DNA of 58,560 nucleotides, filler included, from Basidiobolus meristosporus CBS 931.73 (GCA_002104905.1; 3 parts of 3 records of this genome joined end to end with filler, not necessarily neighbours in it), one strand, 5' to 3'; positions 25,708 to 37,033 are shown, counted from the whole stretch's first letter. Notes: generated by a model from the sequence alone, not told the origin. Numbers and translations: made by a program.

Positions 25708-28700
25708 ATAACCACATACCTATTGGTAGTCAACCAATCACTGAACAAGGTGCACACTACCCCACACACTGGAGCCTATGGACCTAGATGTTATGCAGAG
25801 CACACCAAGACCTTCTAAAGAGGAATGCTTCAAGCTTGGACTATGCTTTTACTGCAAGGAACAGGGTCATAAAGTCAATGAATGCCCAAAGAGGCCATTA
25901 CAAAGAGTATTCCAACTCTCCACTAAGGAGGAGGAGCACACAATCAGCCTTGTTAAGGAGTATCAGAGGACTCAGAGCTTATATACTACCCCAAAGATGC
26001 TGAAACTCCCAGGGATTCTCAACAACAACCAATGTGTCTCTGTACTCATTGACAGTGGAGCAACTGATGTCTACATTTCAAAAGATGTAGCTGATCAGAT
26101 GAAGCTACAAACAATCCCTTGCCCCCCAATTCACATCCTCTGTGCCACCAAGGAATCAATTATAGTGAACAGCAGGACTGAACCCTTGACTTTACAAATC
26201 AGGGACTTCCAAGACACCATTTCCCCAATTATCATACCCCAAGCCAACTTTGAAATCAATGTGGGACAAACTTGGCTAAGAAAGCACAATCCTGACATAA
26301 ACTGGCAGACTCAGGAAGTTGTAATCAACAAGGATGATGCAAAATATCATCTGTCACCCAAACCAACCCTGGACAAAGGCAATGCACCAGAACACACCAT
26401 ATCAAAGAAACAGTTTGCCCACTCTATCAGACAGAATCCCAAACTGTTGCACATGATAGCCTTTGCCAAAATCCAAGAGACCACAGAAGTGACAAATGAC
26501 AGGCTCAAGACCTTGTTAGCAGAGTTTCAAGAGGTTTTTCCCAAGGAAATCCCTGCACTACCCCCAAGCAGAGAGATTGACCATGCCATAGAAGTAACAG
26601 ATGATAAACCAAGAAACAGAGCCCCATATAAGTTCTCCCCAAAGGAAATGGAGACTTTGAAGGAAACATTGAAGGACTACCTGGCTAAAGGCTGGATAAA
26701 ACCCAGTAAATCACCATGGGGAGCTCCAGTACTCTTTGCTCCAAAGAAGGATGGGAAGCTACGGTTCTGTGTGGACTACAGGGCCCTAAATGCAATCACT
26801 GTCAGAAATTCCTACCCATTACCAAGAATTGATGCCCTCTTTGACCAACTGGGGAAGGCAAAGATATTCTCTAAAATAGACCTGGCATCTGGATATCACC
26901 AAATCAGAATTAAGCCTGAAGACACCTCTAAGACAGCATTCAACACAAGATATGGTCATTATGAGTTTGTTGTGATGAGCTTTGGCCTGACTAATGCCCC
27001 AGCAACATTTCAGACACTCATGAATAGCATCCTGGAACCATATTTAGAGAAATTTGTCCTGGTCTACTTAGATGACATTCTGATCTATAGTACCAGCATG
27101 GATGACCACATGAAGCACTTGAAGACAGTACTGGCTATACTAAAAAAGCACAAGCTATATGCACAACTTCCTAAGTGTGAATTCCTCACCAGATCAGTTG
27201 AATACCTTGGTCACATAATCTCAGATAAAGGACTACACATGGATCCAGCCAAGATAGATGCTATCCAGAAATGGGAAGCCCCAAAGTCACTCACTGAAAT
27301 GAGATCCTTCCTGGGACTTGCATCATATTACAGAAGATTCATCAGGGACTTTGCAACTATTGCAGCCCCCTTACAGACTTGACCAAAAAAGAGAAAGACT
27401 ATATATGGACCCCAAACTGTGAGACAGCTTTCCTAACTCTGAAAGAAAAGCTATGCCAAACCCCTGTGCTTCAGTTGCCTGATTTCTCAGAACCTTTCTG
27501 TGTATACACTGATGCTTCAGATCTAGCTGTTGGAGGGGTACTGACTCAAAAAGAACACCCGGTTGCTTATGAGTCCAAAAAGCTATCAGTAACTGAACAA
27601 AACTACCCAGTCCATGAAAAAGAACTCTATGCCATACTACATTGTCTGAGAGTGTGGAGATGCTACTTGGAGGGCAAACACTTTGTGGTATATACAGATC
27701 ATGCATCCCTAAGATACATTCACACCCAGAAGCTATTATCCAGAAGAATAACTAGATGGATTGAAGAACTACAACAATTTGATTTTAAAATCCACTACCT
27801 CCCTGGGCCAAAGAATACAGTTGCTGATGCACTCTCAAGGCAACATATATCAATGGTAGATCATGAGTTGGACTGGCCAGAATACATGCCAGAGTACTTG
27901 GCAAGTCAGACAATGCCAGAAGATTTATCACAGGAAGTAAGGGTCAAGATTAAGAAAGAAGCAGAGAATTTCTCATATGGTGAAGACGAGGTACTTTACA
28001 GACACATGGAAGAAATAGGGCCTGTACCATATATTCCATTTGTATACAGAGGTGACATGATAATCAAGAATCATAAAGCCTTTGGACATCTGGGCATCCA
28101 AGGAACTTATGAAATAACTAAAAGGAGAGCCTGGTGGCCTAAACTCAAACAATTTATAGCTGAGACCCTCAAGACCTGCCCTGAGTGCCAGCTGGCTAGA
28201 CCATACAACAAGGAACATGCCCCATTAGAACCACTGACTCCAGTTCCAGCATTCTACAGATGGGGAATTGACTTCATTGGAATATTGCCTGAAACTTCAA
28301 GAGGGAACAAGTGGATCATAACTGCAATTGACCATACCACTAAGTGGTGTATAGCAAAAGCCATGCCAGCAGCTACTGCAAAAAATGTTGCAAAATTCCT
28401 TTACCTGGAAATCTTTATGCAGTTTGGATGCCCAGGTGAAATTCTGTCTGACAGAGGAGCAAACTTTTTGGAACAAACCTTGAAAGAATACCTTCAGATA
28501 ATGGGGGTTAGACATTTGAAGACATCAGCATACCACCCTAGAACAAATGGGGTCACAGAGAGGTTCAATGGACTCTTTGGGAAGATGCTGACTACTTATG
28601 TCAAAGGAGCCAAACATAAGTGGGATGAATTTGTACATCAAGCACTCTTTGCCTGTCGTATTAGAGTCCATTCAGCAACACAAAAGTCCCCCTTCTACCT

Positions 28701-29484
28701 AGTGTATGGTACACATCCAAGAATCCCAGGTGATACCTTACCACCATACATCTGGGACTTAAAGAACCAAAAAGACTTGGCAGAATTCAGAACAAGGGAA
28801 CTGGAAGAATTAGGACATGCAAGACATGATGCCATCAAGAATTTAAAACGACAAGCAGAGAAGATGAAAGAACAGTACAACAAAACAGTGGTAACAAAAC
28901 CCTTAACTTTGGGAAAACTTGTATTAGTCCGAAATGAAAGTAGGCTAAAACTAGAACCACATTGGGTTGGACCCTTTATTATCACAAGAGAAATGCCCTT
29001 CAATACATTTCAACTCGCAGACATGTCAGGTAAAGTAAAGGAGGACCTAGTGCATAGAGACCGACTAAAGGAAGCACAGCTAAAAAACCCAATGACACCA
29101 CCAACCAAATACTGGTATTACAAGTCCGATAGACAGGACTCTTCAGGAGAAGAACCTCTTTAAGTGTGGGAGTATGTTATGATTTAAATCCTAACTAGTC
29201 ACTACCGATCACTTGAACACTACTGATCGAACACCTGGAATTCCACACAGACGATCAATCGCACTCAGTGATACACACGTTATTTAATACATCTTGAACC
29301 CTCCTTTTGGAAGCTTGCCCTACGTTATCGGAAGCTCTCCCTCCGAGGCTATCTCTATATAAACTCCTTTGAACACTATCAATAAAGCATCAACCTTTTA
29401 CCGGTTCATCAACTATTCAGATAACCTCTCTGATTCGTATTGGACATCCTCCGGTCCTCCTCCGCTTGCCCTCGATTCATAACA
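25708..29484 (+). mobile_element. Ty3/gypsy retrotransposon, left copy (5' part in gap); 3' LTR 29175-29484
   Basis: Near-identical to the reverse complement of 36713-40491. Purine-rich PPT AAGTGTGGGAGTA, then a 310-bp LTR TGTTATGA...TCATAACA. Confidence 0.96.
25778..29163 (+). CDS. Gypsy gag-pol (CCHC knuckle, protease, RT, RNase H, integrase), split by a 1-bp deletion at 27366-27370
   Basis: [52 protein letters not shown]5 run here vs C6 in the right copy. Confidence 0.93.
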
Positions 29485-29491
29485 CTCTCGA

Positions 29492-29609
29492 GCATCGGCC
29501 ATACATACCAGAAAATACCGGATCCCGTCCGATCTCCGAAGTCAAACTGGTAATGGCCTAGTCAGTACTACGGTGGGGGACCACGTGGGAATACTAGGTG
29601 CTGATGTTT
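29492..29609 (+). rRNA. 5S rRNA gene
   Basis: GCATCGGCCATAC...GATCCCGTCCGATCTCCGAAGTCAA...AGTACTACGGTGGGGGACCACGTGGGAATACTAGGTGCTGATGT. Helix I pairs 5' GCATCGGC with 3' GCTGATGT. T4 terminator follows. Confidence 0.95.
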
Positions 29610-29802
29610 TCTTCCGAATTGCTCCACTACACAATACTCTTTTGCTTCTGTTATGTGTGCGTGTGTCTGTTCTTCCTTTGCTACTGCTGTCTTTGGTATA
29701 AAAGAGTTTGCTTTCCAGATACAATGCTGCTCTCTATTCCCTAGTCATTATTGCTGAAGGGCAATTTTAGATAGTATATATAAGAAAGGGTTGTCGTATA
29801 AT

Positions 29803-29875
29803 GCCTCCTTGGCTCAGTTGGCAGAGCGTCTGCCTAGTAAGCAGAAGGTCGCTGGTTCGATTCCGGCAGAAGGCA
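29803..29875 (+). tRNA. tRNA-Thr(AGT)
   Basis: Cloverleaf; anticodon arm TCTGC-CTAGTAA-GCAGA; GGTTCGATTCC. Confidence 0.95.
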
Positions 29876-30068
29876 TGTTTTACATGTTGAACCTTTTATA
29901 CTTTTATACTTGTACAAGAAAATGTCTTTATTGTCTACTTCAAAGGGCTGTGCTAAGCATCCAAATGTTCAAAACATTAAGTGGCCGTTGCCCATGTCAT
30001 TTACTAAATCTGGCTTTGGCTCTTATGTGACTCTTGAGTAAAAGCAAGCAAAATTACTCCAAAAGCAA

Positions 30069-30151
30069 TGAAGAGAGTGGGATTCGAACCCACGCCTCCG
30101 AAGAGATCACGGCCTTAACGTGACGCCTTAGACCAACTCGGCCATCTCTCC
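30069..30151 (-). tRNA. tRNA-Leu(AAG)
   Basis: Anticodon arm TCACG-TTAAGGC-CGTGA; long variable arm; 83 nt. Confidence 0.95.
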
Positions 30152-30390
30152 ATTCTTGTGGTTTGTTTACCATCGTTCTAAATGTCAATTTAACTTACCC
30201 GCCATTTAGATCAAAATCTATTGCTCGCCGTTGGTGGCTTAGTCAGGTAAGTGCAATTATAGGAGCTCTCCACGTACCTGCTGTCTCATTATAGACTTTT
30301 TTTGTAACGCAGTTGATTAACAAGCTAGTAACGGTGCTATTGTACAATTTATCTCCATATTATATTTTAAATCAGGATCAAATAACAAAA

Positions 30391-30475
30391 CCGAACATAG
30401 CTCAGTTGGTAGAGCGGAAGACTGTAGTGTTATATAGCAATCTTTAGGTCCCTGGTTCAAATCCGGGTGTTCGGA
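30391..30475 (+). tRNA. tRNA-Tyr(GTA) with 12-nt intron (30428-30439)
   Basis: GAAGA-CTGTAG[TGTTATATAGCA]A-TCTTT; 73 nt after splicing at the canonical 37/38 position. Confidence 0.93.
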
Positions 30476-30765
30476 ATTTTTGGTTTGTGCAAACCCTATT
30501 CCTACGGGTATCACTTGTGGGTAGAGCCTTGCAGCAAAGGCTCGCCTTTTTCTTGTTGGATGTGGCTCTTTACATACGATATTTGCAATACTTTATGTTA
30601 TTGCTTTACCACCGTATCTGCAATGGTTTTAAGAAATATTGGCCCTTCCCATAGTGCATTGCCCTAAGTATACAATTTTTGCTTTGTTGCCCCTGAACGA
30701 TTGCTTCCTTTTTGATACTTGTTGGTGGGAATACCGGTTGCCAGGGAAAACAAAATATAAAAATG

Positions 30766-30839
30766 CGCTCCTGGGTGGGCTTGAACCACCAACCTCCTGA
30801 TTAACAGTCAGACGCGCTAGCCAATTGCGCCACAAGAGC
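30766..30839 (-). tRNA. tRNA-Asn(GTT)
   Basis: Anticodon arm TCTGA-CTGTTAA-TCAGG; acceptor GCTCTTG/CAGGAGC. Confidence 0.95.
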
Positions 30840-31150
30840 TTCAACTGACAAACGTTGGTTTCTCAAAATACTTGTATCAGTGTTCATCTTGGTTGATAGA
30901 AGCATTTGCATAAAACTAGCTTAGCAAGGATTCTCTGGATGGTGCACCTGCCTCCCAAAGTCAGCCATATCAGTATGTTCTATGCCGGGTGGATTCCCTA
31001 ACCCGACGGTTTCCATAATTCTTTGAAGCATCACGGAAATCATCTTTTAAGCGTTTGATAACCACTGTAGAATGGCAAACTCCGACCATATAGGAAACCA
31101 ACACTTGACAAAAACGACATATTCCATTAAAACTTTGTACACTCAATAAG

Positions 31151-31223
31151 GCCCGGCTAGCTCAATCGGTAGAGCGTGAGACTCTTAATCTCAAGGTTGT
31201 GGGTTCGACCCCCACGTTGGGTG
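31151..31223 (+). tRNA. tRNA-Lys(CTT)
   Basis: GCCCGGCTAGCTCAATCGG...TGAGA-CTCTTAA-TCTCA. Confidence 0.96.
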
Positions 31224-31365
31224 ATGTATATTTTTTATTCTTTGTTTTTCACTTTCCTGGAATTGAGCAATAATTTTTGTGTTTTGAACGGTTGTCTGTA
31301 TATGATATTTAAGCCGGATAGTGATATGGAAGAATGAAACAATGAATCCCAATAGAGTAATTATT

Positions 31366-31437
31366 GGACGTATAGCTCAGTGGTAGAGCAATTGACTGCA
31401 GATCAATAGGTCGGTGGTTCAAATCCGCCTGCGTCCT
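31366..31437 (+). tRNA. tRNA-Cys(GCA)
   Basis: ATTGA-CTGCAGA-TCAAT; discriminator T. Confidence 0.95.
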
Positions 31438-31557
31438 CATCTTTTTTGCTAATTGAAGCGTTCATTAAAATACAATTTCGCCTAGCCACCAATTACATCT
31501 ACTCACATAAATATAGCATTCAAAAGATTGATGAAATTCATTTAGAATAATCCAAAA

Positions 31558-31630
31558 TGGAGGACCTGGGTATCGATCCCAGTGCCTCTCGCATGCTAAG
31601 CGAGCGCTCTACCATCTGAGCTAGACCCCC
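31558..31630 (-). tRNA. tRNA-Ala(AGC)
   Basis: GGGGGTCTAGCTCAGATGG...CTCGC-TTAGCAT-GCGAG...GGGATCGATACCC. Confidence 0.95.
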
Positions 31631-32020
31631 ATATATATACACCTCGGTGGAAAACCACTTATCTTTTTTAATTCTTCAATAGATGTACTCGCATGGCAAA
31701 GAAAATACTGGCTAGCATTGAATTGAGGACCCTGTTAACAATGGTAATGTGTATGTCTCTTATTATCAACTTTGTGCGATCAAGGGGGCATTCATTGATG
31801 TATGACTGATGGCTATTTTGGAGCATTTTTGTTATCCACACTACAGATGCTTTTGTTTCTTTCGGTTTGTTAATAGAAATCTCTCTGTGGCTACGCTATT
31901 AAGAGCTTCTGCCGTTTTCCCATATATAGCGCAATCTAGAAGTACACTAAATGTGAAAAGTAATCAAGCCTAACAGATCAGATTTCCGTATTTTCTAAGA
32001 CGGTTGTTTGCACTGGTACT

Positions 32021-32092
32021 GGCTCAATGGTTTAGTGGTATAATTCTCCCTTAGGGTGGGAGAGGTCCTGGGTTCAATTCCCAGTTGAGCCC
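32021..32092 (+). tRNA. tRNA-Pro(AGG)
   Basis: CTCCC-TTAGGGT-GGGAG; GGTTCAATTCC. Confidence 0.95.
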
Positions 32093-32356
32093 TTCTTTTG
32101 TTTGTTTTCCTGTCAAAATGGATTGTTAGTAAGAATGGGGTACTCTGAGCTGCAGCAGCAATTAATGTTGTGGATTCCCCTTGGTAATTCTTGATTGACA
32201 AGTAATGTAAAAATGCAATTTTTCCATCACAACAGAGCCCTCTATTTAGTTACTTGGGGCAACTGACTACCTTTGGTTGTAATACGCACAAAGCCCGATT
32301 TAGTATCTACGCTAGGCATACTTGATCCAAATAATTTAGAGGGTCAGGAAAAGTAA

Positions 32357-32430
32357 TGTCTTCGCTCGGATTCGAACCGAGGACCGTCTGTGTGTTAGAC
32401 AGACGTGATAACCAACTACACCACGAAGAC
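32357..32430 (-). tRNA. tRNA-Val(AAC)
   Basis: TCTGT-CTAACAC-ACAGA; acceptor GTCTTCG/CGAAGAC. Confidence 0.95.
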
Positions 32431-32737
32431 ATATGTTTATTGGAAAGGATAGTAATGTACTTGATTGTGTTTATACATAAGGTCAATGTATAGCAAGTTT
32501 TGTGTACCGCGTGTCAAGTGCACTGGCCAAGGAATATGCCAAATTTAAGTACATCGCAACCACGGTTTCCAGCATAATTACAAATGTTTATTTTAGGTAT
32601 GGAAAAAGTCTATTGGGGTCTGCTATGGGATTGGATAGTATATCTACCTGTTGTCCAAGAAATGAATAGCGTATGATAGTTACATTATGATTTTAGAAAA
32701 TCAAATGTCCAACGATCATACCATATATTATAAGTGT

Positions 32738-32809
32738 GGGGGGTTGGCGCAACGGTAGCGCGTTCGCCTCCAGAGCGAAAGGTTGCGTGTTCAAATCACG
32801 CACTCCTCA
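32738..32809 (+). tRNA. tRNA-Trp(CCA)
   Basis: TTCGC-CTCCAGA-GCGAA; identical to 42226-42297. Confidence 0.95.
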
Positions 32810-33049
32810 CTTAATTTTTGCCACTTTTTAGCACATGTTGTAATGATGGTTAACTCAACCTCAGTCGCAGAGCAAGGTATTGTTTATTGATACATATCTC
32901 TTTGCTGTGTGTTCCTTTGTCCTATTTGATAACGTGTATGTCTACACTATCCATGTGCGGGTTTATTTTAAGCAAAGTTATTGATAACTAATTTATATTG
33001 CTAGCTCAGCTCTGATTACATACATGGCTATATCAGAGCTACAAGCTAA

Positions 33050-33123
33050 GCTCGCATAGCTCAGTTGGTTAGAGCGTGGTGCTAATAACGCCAAGGCCGC
33101 AGGTTTGACCCCTGCTGTGAGCA
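33050..33123 (+). tRNA. tRNA-Ile(AAT), variant with B-box mutation (possibly defective)
   Basis: TGGTG-CTAATAA-CGCCA. T-loop reads GGTTTGA vs GGTTCGA, and the variable loop GGCC vs GGTC, relative to 43593-43666. Confidence 0.85.
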
Positions 33124-33446
33124 TTCTCTTTTAGCCTTAGCGTAGTGTTACATCATGGCTATCCACTTTAGACTTGCGTTTATCTTTTCACGCTTTGCTG
33201 ATATTATCAAGCATTTCACATACCTACTGTACACTCCAATGCCTCTGTATCATCTCTATATTACACCGCTATCAGATGCTCCGGTATATTAGAATGGTAC
33301 TGACTATCCTAGCATAAGAAATTAAGCCACTCAGAGCTTCAGGGGAATTGGGATCTCTATCCGGTGTGATGAAAATGATGTTTCTGTCTTTATGAGTAGT
33401 GCCCAAACCAAAGGGATTGCACCTGGTAGATGGCACTATCCTGGGT

Positions 33447-33518
33447 TCTCGGATAGTATAGTGGTAAGTATCCCTGCCTGTCACGCAGGAGACCCGGGTT
33501 CAATTCCCGGTCCGAGAG
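33447..33518 (+). tRNA. tRNA-Asp(GTC)
   Basis: CCTGC-CTGTCAC-GCAGG; acceptor TCTCGGA/TCCGAGA. Confidence 0.95.
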
Positions 33519-33781
33519 TTTCTTTTGAGCTTTGAAGTAATATTTTGTATGAAAAACCTTGGTGCATGACAGAAACGAAAATCTAACCTCGATTGTGATG
33601 CTAAGTGGCCCCATAGATATTAGTCAAGATACTTTCATTTGTTAATAGAAAGCTCTGACTATATCATTAAGAGTATGTATCGAAATGCTTAGGGTGTGGT
33701 ATACGAACCCTTTGGATTTGCTAGACAATGATATACAAGGATATGTCAACTGTGAATATTTCATAGACTCAACTGTGCTCC

Positions 33782-33853
33782 TCCGCATTGGTCCAGTGGT
33801 CAGGATCTCTCGCTCTCACCGAGAAGGCCGGGGTTCGATTCCCCGATGCGGAA
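33782..33853 (+). tRNA. tRNA-Glu(CTC)
   Basis: TCTCG-CTCTCAC-CGAGA; acceptor TCCGCAT/ATGCGGA. Confidence 0.95.
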
Positions 33854-34495
33854 GTTCAATAATACCTTTTAATCCAAAGGTACAACTTCATGGCCCGTTT
33901 CGTTGAAGCAATGCAATCCAGCTGTTTATATATTTTTGCCGGAATGGTGAATTCCTCGTTAAGAACCTTCGAGTGGCGTGCAACCTGTATACTGAAGTGT
34001 TGTTAGCCGGGTGGTCTCTTTGTATCACACAATACCCTAATTGTGCATATTAGGAAAACAAATACCCGGTTGTATTTATACATAGTATAACACCTATACG
34101 AGATAAAAATGTATAGACACGGTTATCTATATGAATGAGCATAGTTAATGGCTAATACGAACTACTGATATACGAAAGCTTCGCTCTCAAGCTAAGAGTT
34201 ACTTTGAGAATCAGTAGCATATGATCTATAGTCTATACATTTTTATCTCGTATAGGTGTTATACTATGTATAAATACAACCGGGTATTTGTTTTCCTAAT
34301 ATGCACAATTAGGGTATTGTGTGATACAAAGAGACCACCCGGCTAACAACACTTCAGTATACAGGTTGCACGCCACTCGAAGGTTCTTAACGAGGAATTC
34401 ACCATTCCGGCAAAAATATATAAACAGCTGGATTGCATTGCTTCAACGAAACGGGCCATGAAGTTGTACCTTTGGATTAAAAGGTATTATTGAAC

Positions 34496-34567
34496 TTCCG
34501 CATCGGGGAATCGAACCCCGGCCTTCTCGGTGAGAGCGAGAGATCCTGACCACTGGACCAATGCGGA
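34496..34567 (-). tRNA. tRNA-Glu(CTC), palindrome mirror copy
   Basis: Reverse complement of 33782-33853. Confidence 0.93.
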
Positions 34568-34830
34568 GGAGCACAGTTGAGTCTATGAAATATTCACAGT
34601 TGACATATCCTTGTATATCATTGTCTAGCAAATCCAAAGGGTTCGTATACCACACCCTAAGCATTTCGATACATACTCTTAATGATATAGTCAGAGCTTT
34701 CTATTAACAAATGAAAGTATCTTGACTAATATCTATGGGGCCACTTAGCATCACAATCGAGGTTAGATTTTCGTTTCTGTCATGCACCAAGGTTTTTCAT
34801 ACAAAATATTACTTCAAAGCTCAAAAGAAA

Positions 34831-34902
34831 CTCTCGGACCGGGAATTGAACCCGGGTCTCCTGCGTGACAGGCAGGGATACTTACCACTATACTATCCGA
34901 GA
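34831..34902 (-). tRNA. tRNA-Asp(GTC), mirror copy
   Basis: Reverse complement of 33447-33518. Confidence 0.93.
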
Positions 34903-35225
34903 ACCCAGGATAGTGCCATCTACCAGGTGCAATCCCTTTGGTTTGGGCACTACTCATAAAGACAGAAACATCATTTTCATCACACCGGATAGAGATCCCA
35001 ATTCCCCTGAAGCTCTGAGTGGCTTAATTTCTTATGCTAGGATAGTCAGTACCATTCTAATATACCGGAGCATCTGATAGCGGTGTAATATAGAGATGAT
35101 ACAGAGGCATTGGAGTGTACAGTAGGTATGTGAAATGCTTGATAATATCAGCAAAGCGTGAAAAGATAAACGCAAGTCTAAAGTGGATAGCCATGATGTA
35201 ACACTACGCTAAGGCTAAAAGAGAA

Positions 35226-35299
35226 TGCTCACAGCAGGGGTCAAACCTGCGGCCTTGGCGTTATTAGCACCACGCTCTAACCAACTGAGCTATGCGAGC
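35226..35299 (-). tRNA. tRNA-Ile(AAT) B-box variant, mirror copy
   Basis: Reverse complement of 33050-33123, including the GGTTTGA change. Confidence 0.83.
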
Positions 35300-35539
35300 T
35301 TAGCTTGTAGCTCTGATATAGCCATGTATGTAATCAGAGCTGAGCTAGCAATATAAATTAGTTATCAATAACTTTGCTTAAAATAAACCCGCACATGGAT
35401 AGTGTAGACATACACGTTATCAAATAGGACAAAGGAACACACAGCAAAGAGATATGTATCAATAAACAATACCTTGCTCTGCGACTGAGGTTGAGTTAAC
35501 CATCATTACAACATGTGCTAAAAAGTGGCAAAAATTAAG

Positions 35540-35611
35540 TGAGGAGTGCGTGATTTGAACACGCAACCTTTCGCTCTGGAGGCGAACGCGCTACCGTTGC
35601 GCCAACCCCCC
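35540..35611 (-). tRNA. tRNA-Trp(CCA), mirror copy
   Basis: Reverse complement of 32738-32809. Confidence 0.93.
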
Positions 35612-35918
35612 ACACTTATAATATATGGTATGATCGTTGGACATTTGATTTTCTAAAATCATAATGTAACTATCATACGCTATTCATTTCTTGGACAACA
35701 GGTAGATATACTATCCAATCCCATAGCAGACCCCAATAGACTTTTTCCATACCTAAAATAAACATTTGTAATTATGCTGGAAACCGTGGTTGCGATGTAC
35801 TTAAATTTGGCATATTCCTTGGCCAGTGCACTTGACACGCGGTACACAAAACTTGCTATACATTGACCTTATGTATAAACACAATCAAGTACATTACTAT
35901 CCTTTCCAATAAACATAT

Positions 35919-35992
35919 GTCTTCGTGGTGTAGTTGGTTATCACGTCTGTCTAACACACAGACGGTCCTCGGTTCGAATCCGAGCGAAGACA
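35919..35992 (+). tRNA. tRNA-Val(AAC), mirror copy
   Basis: Reverse complement of 32357-32430. Confidence 0.93.
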
Positions 35993-36256
35993 TTACTTTT
36001 CCTGACCCTCTAAATTATTTGGATCAAGTATGCCTAGCGTAGATACTAAATCGGGCTTTGTGCGTATTACAACCAAAGGTAGTCAGTTGCCCCAAGTAAC
36101 TAAATAGAGGGCTCTGTTGTGATGGAAAAATTGCATTTTTACATTACTTGTCAATCAAGAATTACCAAGGGGAATCCACAACATTAATTGCTGCTGCAGC
36201 TCAGAGTACCCCATTCTTACTAACAATCCATTTTGACAGGAAAACAAACAAAAGAA

Positions 36257-36328
36257 GGGCTCAACTGGGAATTGAACCCAGGACCTCTCCCACCCTAAGG
36301 GAGAATTATACCACTAAACCATTGAGCC
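36257..36328 (-). tRNA. tRNA-Pro(AGG), mirror copy
   Basis: Reverse complement of 32021-32092. Confidence 0.93.
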
Positions 36329-37033
36329 AGTACCAGTGCAAACAACCGTCTTAGAAAATACGGAAATCTGATCTGTTAGGCTTGATTACTTTTCACATTT
36401 AGTGTACTTCTAGATTGCGCTATATATGGGAAAACGGCAGAAGCTCTTAATAGCGTAGCCACAGAGAGATTTCTATTAACAAACCGAAAGAAACAAAAGC
36501 ATCTGTAGTGTGGATAACAAAAATGCTCCAAAATAGCCATCAGTCATACATCAATGAATGCCCCCTTGATCGCACAAAGTTGATAATAAGAGACATACAC
36601 ATTACCATTGTTAACAGGGTCCTCAATTCAATGCTAGCCAGTATTTTCTTTGCCATGCGAGTACATCTATTGAAGAATTAAAAAAGATAAGTGGTTTTCC
36701 ACCGAGGTGTATTGTTATGAATCGAGGGCAAGCGGAGGAGGACCGGAGGATGTCCAATACGAATCAGAGAGGTTATCTGAATAGTTGATGAACCGGTAAA
36801 AGGTTGATGCTTTATTGATAGTGTTCAAAGGAGTTTATATAGAGATAGCCTCGGAGGGAGAGCTTCCGATAACGTAGGGCAAGCTTCCAAAAGGAGGGTT
36901 CAAGATGTATTAAATAACGTGTGTATCACTGAGTGCGATTGATCGTCTGTGTGGAATTCCAGGTGTTCGATCAGTAGTGTTCAAGTGATCGGTAGTGACT
37001 AGTTAGGATTTAAATCATAACATACTCCCACAC

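Larger units (their letters stand above)
31637..36712. repeat. Large inverted repeat: arms 31637-34118 and 34231-36712 (2482 bp each), 112-bp spacer
   Basis: Mirror coordinates sum to 68349 at both ends and at every tRNA and ORF checked. No mismatch seen in the segments compared by eye. Confidence 0.97.

Noticed and set aside
29790-29802. GTTGTCGTATA upstream of tRNA-Thr equals the tRNA-Ser 3' end plus spacer (43581-43591), a possible relic Ser-Thr dimer
   Set aside because: Only 11 nt, with no further tRNA-Ser homology upstream; compatible with chance.
32731-32740. TAAGTGTGGG before tRNA-Trp matches the gypsy PPT region (29161-29170)
   Set aside because: A 10-nt match that partly consists of the tRNA's own G-run; no LTR sequence adjacent.
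35099-35112. GATACAGAG as U6 snRNA ACAGAGA box
   Set aside because: The following sequence does not match AAGATTAGCATGG or other U6 elements.
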